A stretch of 33,189 nucleotides of DNA from a virus (Duplodnaviria; Caudoviricetes): IMG/VR virus record IMGVR_UViG_3300031628_000018, positions 1 to 33,189 of that record, one strand, 5' to 3'. Below the pieces are notes generated by a model that worked only from the letters and a program-made list of their open reading frames with translations, was not told where the DNA came from and ran no database searches. Positions 10,388 through 17,694 of the stretch are shown piece by piece. A program made the translations under genes and the position numbers. How positions within the stretch are numbered: the stretch's first letter is position 1; each line of letters begins with the position of its first letter.

Positions 10388-10582
10388 CTATGTTTCCCAA
10401 TCGCGCTTATCGCGCTCTATATCATCTAATTCTTGTACTGTATGCTGTTTGCCTGCTGAAAACCGCAAGCTTTTGACTATCTTATCCTTACCAACTTTGC
10501 GCCAGTTAGATATATGCCATAGTAAAGTATTCCTGCGACCACTACCAGAACCGTGAAGGAGCTTCTTTTTAGCCATTGACAC
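10388..10582 (-). CDS. Hypothetical small basic protein
   Basis: 64 aa, packed 3 nt from the next gene, AAGGTGA SD-like upstream. Confidence 0.5.
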   Translation of the reverse strand: MSMAKKKLLHGSGSGRRNTLLWHISNWRKVGKDKIVKSLRFSAGKQHTVQELDDIERDKRDWET

Positions 10583-10637
10583 ATTATTTCACCTTTTAGA
10601 ATAAAATCTAGCTACAATATGAGCATTCTACCACCAA

Positions 10638-11342
10638 TTAACTAATTATCTCCGCATCATCAACCTCAGTTGGCACTACTTCTAGCTTCGACCCAGCAAT
10701 AATACCGGCTGTAGTCTGCCCCGCCTTCATTAATAATCTCTGATTGGCTACTAATTCCAGCGTAGCCGTCCTAAGTACATTGATTGAACTGTCTTCTTTA
10801 ATACCAATATCAAGCTCAACTTTCTTAACTTCAGGCATTTTAAGCTGTGTTAGCAGTGAATTAGCTGCATCAGTCCTAACCTTCTCGCTTTTAGCAGTTA
10901 CCATCAGCTCCGCCTGTACATTTAGGGCCTTTTGGTACATATCCTGATTTAGCACATAACTAGGTATCAATGTCTGCTCATATATAAGATTGACCAATTT
11001 ACTCTTGTTATATGCAGTCACATAACTAGCTATATCTTTAGACGCTACCCCTTGTGTAGCAAATCGTAATATTTTTTCTGGGAACGTCTTACTATACCCA
11101 TCAATATGAGAACAGCCCATGAGCTTATGGCTCACGTATTTCACCGCAGAGATATACTCGCGCATCTTAAACCTGCCATCCTTCATAACCCCTGCGTAGC
11201 TAATCAGATTCTCCCTATAAGCCTCATACAGCTCTGGTTCAGTCAATGTCTTGTTGATTTGATCTATCAAAGCTTGGTTAACTGATTTTCTTACCTTATC
11301 TGGTAATGCATGCTTGAATTGCTCAACTGTTAATGCCGTCAT
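10638..11342 (-). CDS. N4 gp69-like protein, putative terminase small subunit
   Basis: Y.SAVKYVSHKLMG, DIASYVTAYNKSKLVNLI.EQ and SEKVRTDAANSLLT.LK motifs. Upstream of TerL. Confidence 0.85.
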   Translation of the reverse strand: MTALTVEQFKHALPDKVRKSVNQALIDQINKTLTEPELYEAYRENLISYAGVMKDGRFKMREYISAVKYVSHKLMGCSHIDGYSKTFPEKILRFATQGVASKDIASYVTAYNKSKLVNLIYEQTLIPSYVLNQDMYQKALNVQAELMVTAKSEKVRTDAANSLLTQLKMPEVKKVELDIGIKEDSSINVLRTATLELVANQRLLMKAGQTTAGIIAGSKLEVVPTEVDDAEIIS

Positions 11343-11627
11343 GTAAGACCCTTTTGGGTTAGTGTATCGGGAGAGTATAGATTAAATCCAGAGGGTTAGG
11401 GGAAAAATTATTTTTTTGGGTTTTGAGAAATTTATAATTTGGGTACGATTGCAGGGATTGAACTGTCAAGGACTAGAAGCAAATACTCCCCCCCTCTATA
11501 TCTGCAAATTAGGTTATGGGCACGACTCACCACCCAAAGGCACACCTCAGGTCAAAACCGAAGGCACACTAAGGTCAACTACCACAGTAGTGATTGCTGA
11601 ACACGACTCACGCGCTACGCGGGAGAA

Positions 11628-11641
11628 ACAGGCAAGCCTGT
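11628..11641 (+). promoter_or_regulatory. Candidate hairpin promoter (copy 1) ACAGGC-AA-GCCTGT
   Basis: Perfect inverted repeat ~50 nt upstream of the first + strand gene. A covarying second copy lies at 13003. Confidence 0.5.
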
Positions 11642-11690
11642 ACGGGCTGGAACATTCACCCGAATGCTTCCCAATTAATTGGAGACTAAT

Positions 11691-11882
11691 ATGAGTAACG
11701 CTTTCGGTATGGTTTGGAAGTTTCTTTACCACCTCTTCAGCGGTGCAAACAAATGCGCCGTAGCTTTCGAGAACATTGCTACCGTAGGTGAGATTAGTTC
11801 AGTAATCTACCTAAACGAGCAGAAGCACAACCTCGCTAAGCTTGAGAAGGTGTCTAAGAAAGAGCTCGATGCTATGAAATAG
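11691..11882 (+). CDS. Small early protein (paralog A)
   Basis: GGAG SD and ATG at 11691, 63 aa. Shares S..Y..EQ..NLA.LEK with the next gene. Confidence 0.75.
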   Translation: MSNAFGMVWKFLYHLFSGANKCAVAFENIATVGEISSVIYLNEQKHNLAKLEKVSKKELDAMK

Positions 11883-11944
11883 TAGCACGACTCATACCTG
11901 TGCACCGCTCGGTGTGCAGGTTGTTAATCAACTTCGGAGGATGT

Positions 11945-12172
11945 ATGTACAAAGACATTTGTGCTTTCTTTAAGCTTTTAAAAGCAGCTTTTGTAGCAAC
12001 TAATACGCTTGCTACTATGCATGATTGCGGCTATCGTGGTACGCCTGTGTATTCTCAGGTGTATGTTGATGAGCAAAGGAAAAACCTTGCTCGACTCGAG
12101 AAACAGGCGAGTACACAACTCACAGAGCGTAACTACATGCCTGTGGAACCTGTTGATTACATTAGAAGATAA
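11945..12172 (+). CDS. Small early protein (paralog B)
   Basis: GGAGG SD and ATG at 11945, 75 aa. SQVYVDEQRKNLARLEK aligns with SVIYLNEQKHNLAKLEK. Confidence 0.7.
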   Translation: MYKDICAFFKLLKAAFVATNTLATMHDCGYRGTPVYSQVYVDEQRKNLARLEKQASTQLTERNYMPVEPVDYIRR

Positions 12173-12241
12173 ATCCACGACTCATCTATCCCACACTGGG
12201 GTAGGTGGGTCCAACCCTTTAACCCAAAGCCACACATAAGG

Positions 12242-12316
12242 TTCAAGATCAAAAGCAACGTCAACATCAACATCAAAGGCAGAATCAAAGGCAAAAGCGA
12301 TAAGGTCAAAAGCAAG
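12242..12316 (+). repeat. Degenerate hexamer tract (NNCAAN)
   Basis: TTCAAG ATCAAA AGCAAC GTCAAC ATCAAC ATCAAA GGCAGA ATCAAA GGCAAA AGCGAT AAG GTCAAA AGCAAG. Confidence 0.7.
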
Positions 12317-12456
12317 TTCTAGGACAGTCACGACTCATTTACTGAGTAGGGTATCGGACAGTCAGTAGCTAGGTTTACTGATTACCTGTTATTCCTACTT
12401 ACTTAAGTACTTTACTTAGATAGTCCAAATACGATATCACTACGGTATCTTTAGTC

Positions 12457-12753
12457 CTATACCTTCCTATTCTTTCCATACACTTCTGGAGAACTTCTTC
12501 GCCATCCTTTATTCTTCTTCTCACCTACTACTTTGAGGTTACTTAACTTAGTATCACCACCCTTATCCAATAACCTAACATGGTGTACGTTCTTACCATC
12601 ACCCTTGCTAGCCTTGCCTGCCTTCACAGCTATTGCTCTAGCTTGGTTCTGTTTAACCCTACTAGCTATCCTATCAGGATGTGCGTTGTAGATTGCTTTG
12701 TTACGTCTGGCTTTATCATACGCTGCTTGGGATTGTCCTTCCTTCTTAGGCAT
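12457..12753 (-). CDS. Small basic HNH-family nuclease
   Basis: KGDGKNVHH...L.KGG....SNL.VV....N is a beta-beta-alpha-Me pattern. AAGGA SD upstream. Confidence 0.7.
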   Translation of the reverse strand: MPKKEGQSQAAYDKARRNKAIYNAHPDRIASRVKQNQARAIAVKAGKASKGDGKNVHHVRLLDKGGDTKLSNLKVVGEKKNKGWRRSSPEVYGKNRKV

Positions 12754-12886
12754 AGTGTTTCCTTATATATATAAGAATACTAACTTCCAAACGCACGCCT
12801 GTTCCCGACTCGCGTCGGAAACGCTGAGCGTTTGTAAGCATTGGGTGGGGTTGCTTTTGATTATAGTACTTGCCTCGGTGTAAAAA

Positions 12887-12916
12887 GTTATATCACATAC
12901 ATAATATCATTGTCAA
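12887..12916 (-). promoter_or_regulatory. Host sigma70-type promoter, leftward
   Basis: Minus strand reads TTGACA-18 nt-TATAAC with an extended -10 TG, ~130 nt upstream of the HNH start. Confidence 0.7.
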
Positions 12917-13002
12917 GTGAAAGGTCAAAATCTCGGGAAGTGCTCCCTCTCGATATCCTTCATCTCTTATCGTCTTATTTTCGTATTAGGTTGGAAACAA
13001 TC

Positions 13003-13016
13003 ACGGGCAAGCCCGT
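13003..13016 (+). promoter_or_regulatory. Candidate hairpin promoter (copy 2) ACGGGC-AA-GCCCGT
   Basis: Perfect inverted repeat ~55 nt upstream of the ATG at 13071. Differs from copy 1 by one compensatory base pair. Confidence 0.5.
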
Positions 13017-13070
13017 ATTTACGGCGATATTCTCAGCCAAATAACGTACTATTTATTTAGGAGATTTAAA

Positions 13071-13337
13071 ATGATTGACTTTAAAGATTCAGACAAAACA
13101 GTAGATTCCAACTCAACTTGGAAGAAAGCTGATGGTTTTATTAACATTACTTTAGAAGGAACTGATGGTTCTTATCCTAAGTTAGGCGCAATTGGGTTGC
13201 ATTTGAACAAAGCCCAAGACAAACGCCTAATTGAGTGGCTTTCAAAAGATCCAGAAGGTAACAGTGCAAAATTAGCTCAGAGACTTAGAGTTAATTATCG
13301 TTCAGCTCAACCAGCAGCTGAATTCAAATTAGATTAA
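13071..13337 (+). CDS. Conserved N4-like early protein, possible ssDNA-binding transcription cofactor
   Basis: AGGAG SD. The WK.A.GFINI and KLGAI.L pattern is recalled from N4-like early genes preceding RNAP II. Function is inferred only. Confidence 0.55.
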   Translation: MIDFKDSDKTVDSNSTWKKADGFINITLEGTDGSYPKLGAIGLHLNKAQDKRLIEWLSKDPEGNSAKLAQRLRVNYRSAQPAAEFKLD

Positions 13338-13345
13338 AGTCCCAC

Positions 13346-13386
13346 ATAGCCTTTACTGACACATAGTCAGTAAGGGTTATTTTATT
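13346..13386 (+). terminator. Intrinsic terminator
   Basis: ATAGCCTTTACTGAC-ACATA-GTCAGTAAGGGTTAT followed by TTTATT. Confidence 0.75.
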
Positions 13387-13434
13387 AGATAGATAGTCAG
13401 AAAGTCCCTTACTACTACTATAGGAGTTCAGGTC

Positions 13435-14343
13435 ATGGATACAAATCAGCAGATTCTAGCCCAAGAAATAATCGAAGGTACCTATAACCGTAGACATATT
13501 GATACTAAGATCCGGAAGGTTATAGAAAGTCATCCACTAATACAATCTAAAGTTCTTCAAGGTATTGATTTAATTAATAAATACTTACAAGGAACATATT
13601 ATGATAGTAAAATGAAGAGAGTCGCTCAGTTAAAACTGATGGATATTCGTGAGTTAGTTATAGATATCTTCATAGGTATCACATACTTTCAAGCTCCTGA
13701 ATTATTCACTTCAGCATCTGCACAAATTGCAATGCGGTTGAAGTTTAGTAACCAAGTAGAAGCTATTGCAGCTACAGCTGACTTACTAGCAGTACTCTGT
13801 AATACAGATGCCTTTGATATCACTAAGGAATCTAAAGGTGCTAGCCTTAAAGTAGTATCACGTATACCTATAGAAGATAGTTTAGTATCTTTCATTAAGG
13901 ACAGTGAGTTCTTACCACCTATGGTATGTGCACCTTTACCACTAACTCATAACTTTAGTAGTGGCTACCTTACTCATAACGACAGTCTAGTACTAGGTAC
14001 AGGTAATCATCATGATGGAGACTTGTGTCTATCAGTACTTAACACTATGGGACAAGTAGCTATGAAACTAGACACTGAGTTCTTACTTGAGATGGAGGAG
14101 ACACCTAACTATAAGTTAGATACCGCTGATAAGATTAGTCACTGGCAAGACTTCAAACAACAGAGTAGCTACTTTTATATACTTATGCTCCAACAGGGCA
14201 ACCGTATATATTTCAATCATAAAGTCGATAAGAGAGGGCGTATCTATGCTAGTGGCTACCATATCAATCCTATGGGCACTAGTTATAAGAAAGCTATGCT
14301 CGAATTTGCTAACGAAGAACTAACAGAGGGAGTACCGCTATGA
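13435..14343 (+). CDS. N4-like RNA polymerase II subunit 1 (gp15 family)
   Basis: LPPMVC.P, SGYLT, and the T7-like motif HKVDKRGRIYASGYHINPMG...KKA (DxRGR). Confidence 0.92.
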   Translation: MDTNQQILAQEIIEGTYNRRHIDTKIRKVIESHPLIQSKVLQGIDLINKYLQGTYYDSKMKRVAQLKLMDIRELVIDIFIGITYFQAPELFTSASAQIAMRLKFSNQVEAIAATADLLAVLCNTDAFDITKESKGASLKVVSRIPIEDSLVSFIKDSEFLPPMVCAPLPLTHNFSSGYLTHNDSLVLGTGNHHDGDLCLSVLNTMGQVAMKLDTEFLLEMEETPNYKLDTADKISHWQDFKQQSSYFYILMLQQGNRIYFNHKVDKRGRIYASGYHINPMGTSYKKAMLEFANEELTEGVPL

Positions 14344-14633
14344 AAGTAATACTAGAATTTGAAAGTGAAGAAGAGTTTAGGGAATACAAATACAAATTAG
14401 CAGGTAAAAGAAAATTTGATCCAGGGAGTTTTCATATAAATAGCCTTGAGATTAGTAATGCTATAAAAAGAAGGCTTGTGGCCGCAAATAAGAATTTGGT
14501 CCGAGATATCAGCAGTATGACAAATATAGAGTTATATAAATTACCGGGCATTAGTTGGCAATCAGTTGCTGAGATAGTTGCAGCCCAACTTTTACTCACT
14601 AATACATCACTTAAAATAACCTTTACTGACTAA
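14340..14633 (+). CDS. Protein with RNA polymerase alpha-CTD-like helix-hairpin-helix domain
   Basis: INSLEISNAIKRRLVAANKNLVRDISSMTNIELYKLPGISWQSVAEI aligns by eye to alpha-CTD [47 protein letters not shown]. ATGA overlap with RNAP subunit 1. Confidence 0.7.
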   Translation: MKVILEFESEEEFREYKYKLAGKRKFDPGSFHINSLEISNAIKRRLVAANKNLVRDISSMTNIELYKLPGISWQSVAEIVAAQLLLTNTSLKITFTD

Positions 14634-14647
14634 TTTAAGGAAACCAA

Positions 14648-15895
14648 ATGATTAACTATTCAGGATGGCAATGGCTACTCATAGATGTAGCAAACCAGTT
14701 CGGACTTGACAAGCTTACCTTTGAAGACCGTATTAAATGGACTGAAGATAACCTTGAGAAGTTAGAATCCTTAGACTCTGAAGTGTCTATAAAGAAGAGA
14801 GCGTTGTATATAAAAGCTCGTCTTGCAGTTCGTAAAGCACTAAATGGTTTTCCTACAGGGCACATGGTAGGTGTAGATGGTACATGTAGTGGCATCCAGA
14901 TAATGTCAGCTCTAACAGGCTGCGTAGAGGGTGCTAAAGCTACTAATCTGACTGATCCTACCACTCGATATGATGCATATACAGAAGTTACAGAAGCTAT
15001 GTCTAAGACTTTAGGTAGTTCTATCTCAGTATCTCGAGATGATGCTAAAAGCGCCACAATGTGTAGTTTCTACGGCTCAAAAGCTGAGCCTAAGAAAATC
15101 TTTGGTGAAGGATCTCCTCAATTAGAGGCCTTTTACAAAGCTACTACTAAGATTGCACCGGGTGCATGGGAACTATTACAAGACCTCCTATCTAGCTGGC
15201 AGCCTTATACTTTAAGCCATAACTGGAAATTACCTGATGGATTTGATGCACATGTAAAAGTCATGACTAAACGTACTGTACGTATAGAAGTGGATGAACT
15301 TCCAGGACATCCTACTTTTAGTTATGAACTTTATGATAATGCAGGTGAAAAGAAAGGCTTAAGTAATGTAGCTAATGTAGTGCACTCCATTGACGGATTT
15401 ATCGTAAGGGAAATGCATCGTCGCTGTAACTATGACCGTAAAGTTATAGATCAAGCAGCTCTGACTGTTGAAATTGAACTAGTTGCACGGAATATAGGCA
15501 AGGTTTACGATGATAAATGTTTTGATTCAAACATTGAATATTATCGTGATCAATACCATTACAGCGGTATGCCTAGTATAGTAATTGCTCCGTATATAGA
15601 TACAACTACTGTTGCATATCTAAGTACAAAGCATCTTGTGGCTCTATCCAAGATAATGAATGGGATGCTTCAGTATCGTCCATTCGATTTAGTTACTGTA
15701 CATGATGAATTCCGATCCCTTGCAAATAATGTTAATTGGGTTAGATGGCAATACAAAGAAATTCTGGCACAGATTGCAGATAGTGTATTACTTGATGACC
15801 TAATAAGTCAATTACATCAATCAGTTGGTACATTCCGAAAATTGTCGCCTAACTTAGGTGATCAAATAAGGAATTCTAACTATGCTTTAGTGTAA
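14648..15895 (+). CDS. N4-like RNA polymerase II subunit 2 (gp16 family)
   Basis: Motif A DGTCSGIQ, motif B R...K...M...YGS, ANVVHSIDG and motif C VHDEF. Confidence 0.95.
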   Translation: MINYSGWQWLLIDVANQFGLDKLTFEDRIKWTEDNLEKLESLDSEVSIKKRALYIKARLAVRKALNGFPTGHMVGVDGTCSGIQIMSALTGCVEGAKATNLTDPTTRYDAYTEVTEAMSKTLGSSISVSRDDAKSATMCSFYGSKAEPKKIFGEGSPQLEAFYKATTKIAPGAWELLQDLLSSWQPYTLSHNWKLPDGFDAHVKVMTKRTVRIEVDELPGHPTFSYELYDNAGEKKGLSNVANVVHSIDGFIVREMHRRCNYDRKVIDQAALTVEIELVARNIGKVYDDKCFDSNIEYYRDQYHYSGMPSIVIAPYIDTTTVAYLSTKHLVALSKIMNGMLQYRPFDLVTVHDEFRSLANNVNWVRWQYKEILAQIADSVLLDDLISQLHQSVGTFRKLSPNLGDQIRNSNYALV

Positions 15896-15939
15896 CAGCC
15901 GGACTCCGTGCGGTTTTTTGATTTAGTGATACTTTTATG

Positions 15940-15975
15940 TGGACAGACCCGAAAGGGTTTGTCCATTTTCTTTTT
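15940..15975 (+). terminator. Intrinsic terminator after RNAP II genes
   Basis: TGGACAGACCC-GAAA-GGGTTTGTCCA followed by TTTTCTTTTT. Confidence 0.85.
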
Positions 15976-15990
15976 ATATCGGAGATAATT

Positions 15991-16377
15991 ATGGGCTTAG
16001 ACCAGTATGCGTATTCCATTTCTAATCGAGTTGCCGGAACTAAACAAGTAGATATAGAAATGCCACCTAGAACTAAGAAAAAAGAACTTGCATTTTGGAG
16101 AAAATTCAACCATTTACATGGTTGGATGCAATCTCTATATTACGACAAGAAAGGTCTAGATAATCAGTTTAACTGTGCGTCTGTTCGCTTAATGCCTGCA
16201 GATTTAGATGCTCTTGAGAAGGCTTTAATAGCCAATACATTACAGCATACACCGGGGTTCTTTTTCGGTAGTGCTGAGATATATCCTGAAGATGTTAAGA
16301 ACACTTTAGAGTTTATTACAGAAGCTCGAGTTGCCATTAAAGAAGGGCGTGCAGTAATCTATGATAGTTGGTGGTAA
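15991..16377 (+). CDS. Conserved phage hypothetical protein (MGLDQY...WRK.N.LHGWM...YDSWW type)
   Basis: GGAG SD before the ATG at 15991. The longer 15937 start would lie inside the terminator. Confidence 0.75.
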   Translation: MGLDQYAYSISNRVAGTKQVDIEMPPRTKKKELAFWRKFNHLHGWMQSLYYDKKGLDNQFNCASVRLMPADLDALEKALIANTLQHTPGFFFGSAEIYPEDVKNTLEFITEARVAIKEGRAVIYDSWW

Positions 16378-16463
16378 TCCAGGACTTATAAAAATACTCA
16401 ACCCGATATACTATTTTCATCAGAAAGTCATTTTTTGACTATATACAGCCTGCAAGGAGACAA

Positions 16464-16682
16464 ATGGCAAATAACAATAAACAATTACAACTGTTCCCCG
16501 AAATAGAACCGACAGTCGCACCACTATTTCCAACCATGGGTAGCTTACAGGATGTAATTAATTTAGCTGAAAGTAGCTTACCCATAACAAATAGAAATGG
16601 TATTTATGCGCTATTAATGACATATCACAATACTTTATTAACAGAAGTTCAACAGCCTTCGAGAGAATATTATGAAGATTAA
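16464..16682 (+). CDS. Hypothetical protein, conserved upstream of N4-like AAA ATPase
   Basis: AAGGAG SD, LLMTYHNTLL motif. Confidence 0.65.
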   Translation: MANNNKQLQLFPEIEPTVAPLFPTMGSLQDVINLAESSLPITNRNGIYALLMTYHNTLLTEVQQPSREYYED

Positions 16683-17685
16683 TATAGAACAGGCTTTACG
16701 CGTTATACCTACATGCATTAAATCTAGACTGGTTCCTATGTTGGTTGGTAGCCCGGGGATTGGTAAATCACATATTGCCCACCAAATAGCATTAGAAAAT
16801 AATCTAAAGGTTATTGATCTACGTTTAGCGCAATGTGACCCTTGTGATATTTTAGGTTTTCCTAACATAGTTGGAGATAAAGCTGGTTACATCCCGATGG
16901 AAACATTCCCCATAGAGGGTGATGAGCTTCCTGAAGGGCATTCAGGTTGGCTACTCTTCTTAGATGAATTCAATGCAGCTCCACCAGCTGTTCAAAGTGC
17001 AAGCTATAAACTTGTATTAGATCGTATGGTTGGCATGCACAATTTACATAGTAGAGTAGCCATCATGTGTGCAGGTAATCTAGATACTGATGGTGCTATT
17101 GTTCAAGAAATGAGCACAGCACTGCAGTCACGGCTTATTCACTTTGAATTAACAGCAGATCCAACCACTTGGTTGAACTGGGCTATGAATAATGAAATTG
17201 ATCATCGAATTACAGATTACATTAAGTTTAAACCAGGCGATTTGTATACATTTACCCCTGACCACACAGATAAGACCTATGCCTGCCCACGTACTTGGGA
17301 ATTTGTTAGTCGTTTACTACCTGATATGACTGAAGATGACCCTGATATGCTTCCAATACTATCTGGGACTCTTTCAGAGGGCGTAGCTCGTGAGTTTGTT
17401 GTATTTATGAAAATCTACGCTAGCTTACCTAAGCTTTCCGAGATTCAAAAGGACCCTCAGACAGTCTTCATTCCAAAAGAGCCTAGTATCTTATTCGCAT
17501 TAACTGGCTCACTTAGCCATAACATGAAAGCAGATACTGCTGATCAAATAATGTTGTATGTCTCCCGACTACCAGTTGAATTTCAAGTAGTGACATTACG
17601 AGAGACTGTAAGGCGCAACAAAGAAATGTTAACTCACCCAGCTATACAAAAATGGGTTAATGAATCCTCAGCTAAACTATTTTAA
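16672..17685 (+). CDS. MoxR-like AAA+ ATPase (N4 gp24 family)
   Basis: Walker A GSPGIGKS, Walker B LLFLDEFN, AGN, STALQSR and CPRTWE. Confidence 0.9.
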   Translation: MKINIEQALRVIPTCIKSRLVPMLVGSPGIGKSHIAHQIALENNLKVIDLRLAQCDPCDILGFPNIVGDKAGYIPMETFPIEGDELPEGHSGWLLFLDEFNAAPPAVQSASYKLVLDRMVGMHNLHSRVAIMCAGNLDTDGAIVQEMSTALQSRLIHFELTADPTTWLNWAMNNEIDHRITDYIKFKPGDLYTFTPDHTDKTYACPRTWEFVSRLLPDMTEDDPDMLPILSGTLSEGVAREFVVFMKIYASLPKLSEIQKDPQTVFIPKEPSILFALTGSLSHNMKADTADQIMLYVSRLPVEFQVVTLRETVRRNKEMLTHPAIQKWVNESSAKLF

Positions 17686-17694
17686 GGAAGACTA

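Larger units (their letters stand above)
11521..12337 (+). repeat. Five exact direct copies of CACGACTCA
   Basis: Copies start at 11521, 11602, 11886, 12176 and 12329. All are intergenic and four are followed by or overlap a hairpin. Confidence 0.9.

Noticed and set aside
152-10947. Many + strand ORFs in the track opposite the structural genes
   Set aside because: They are antisense shadows of well-supported - strand genes, Ser-rich and without SD or recognisable motifs.
11416-11732. ORFs 11416..11694 (+) and 11547..11732 (-)
   Set aside because: They run across the repeat and hairpin region, lack convincing SDs and do not look protein-like.
11521-12337. CACGACTCA repeats as a CRISPR or mini-array
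   Set aside because: The repeat is only 9 nt, the spacing is irregular (81, 284, 290, 153), genes lie between copies and there are no cas genes.
13035-13045. AGCCAAATAAC shared with the minus strand upstream of the exonuclease (~30056-30066)
   Set aside because: A single 11-mer match is expected by chance in a window of this size.
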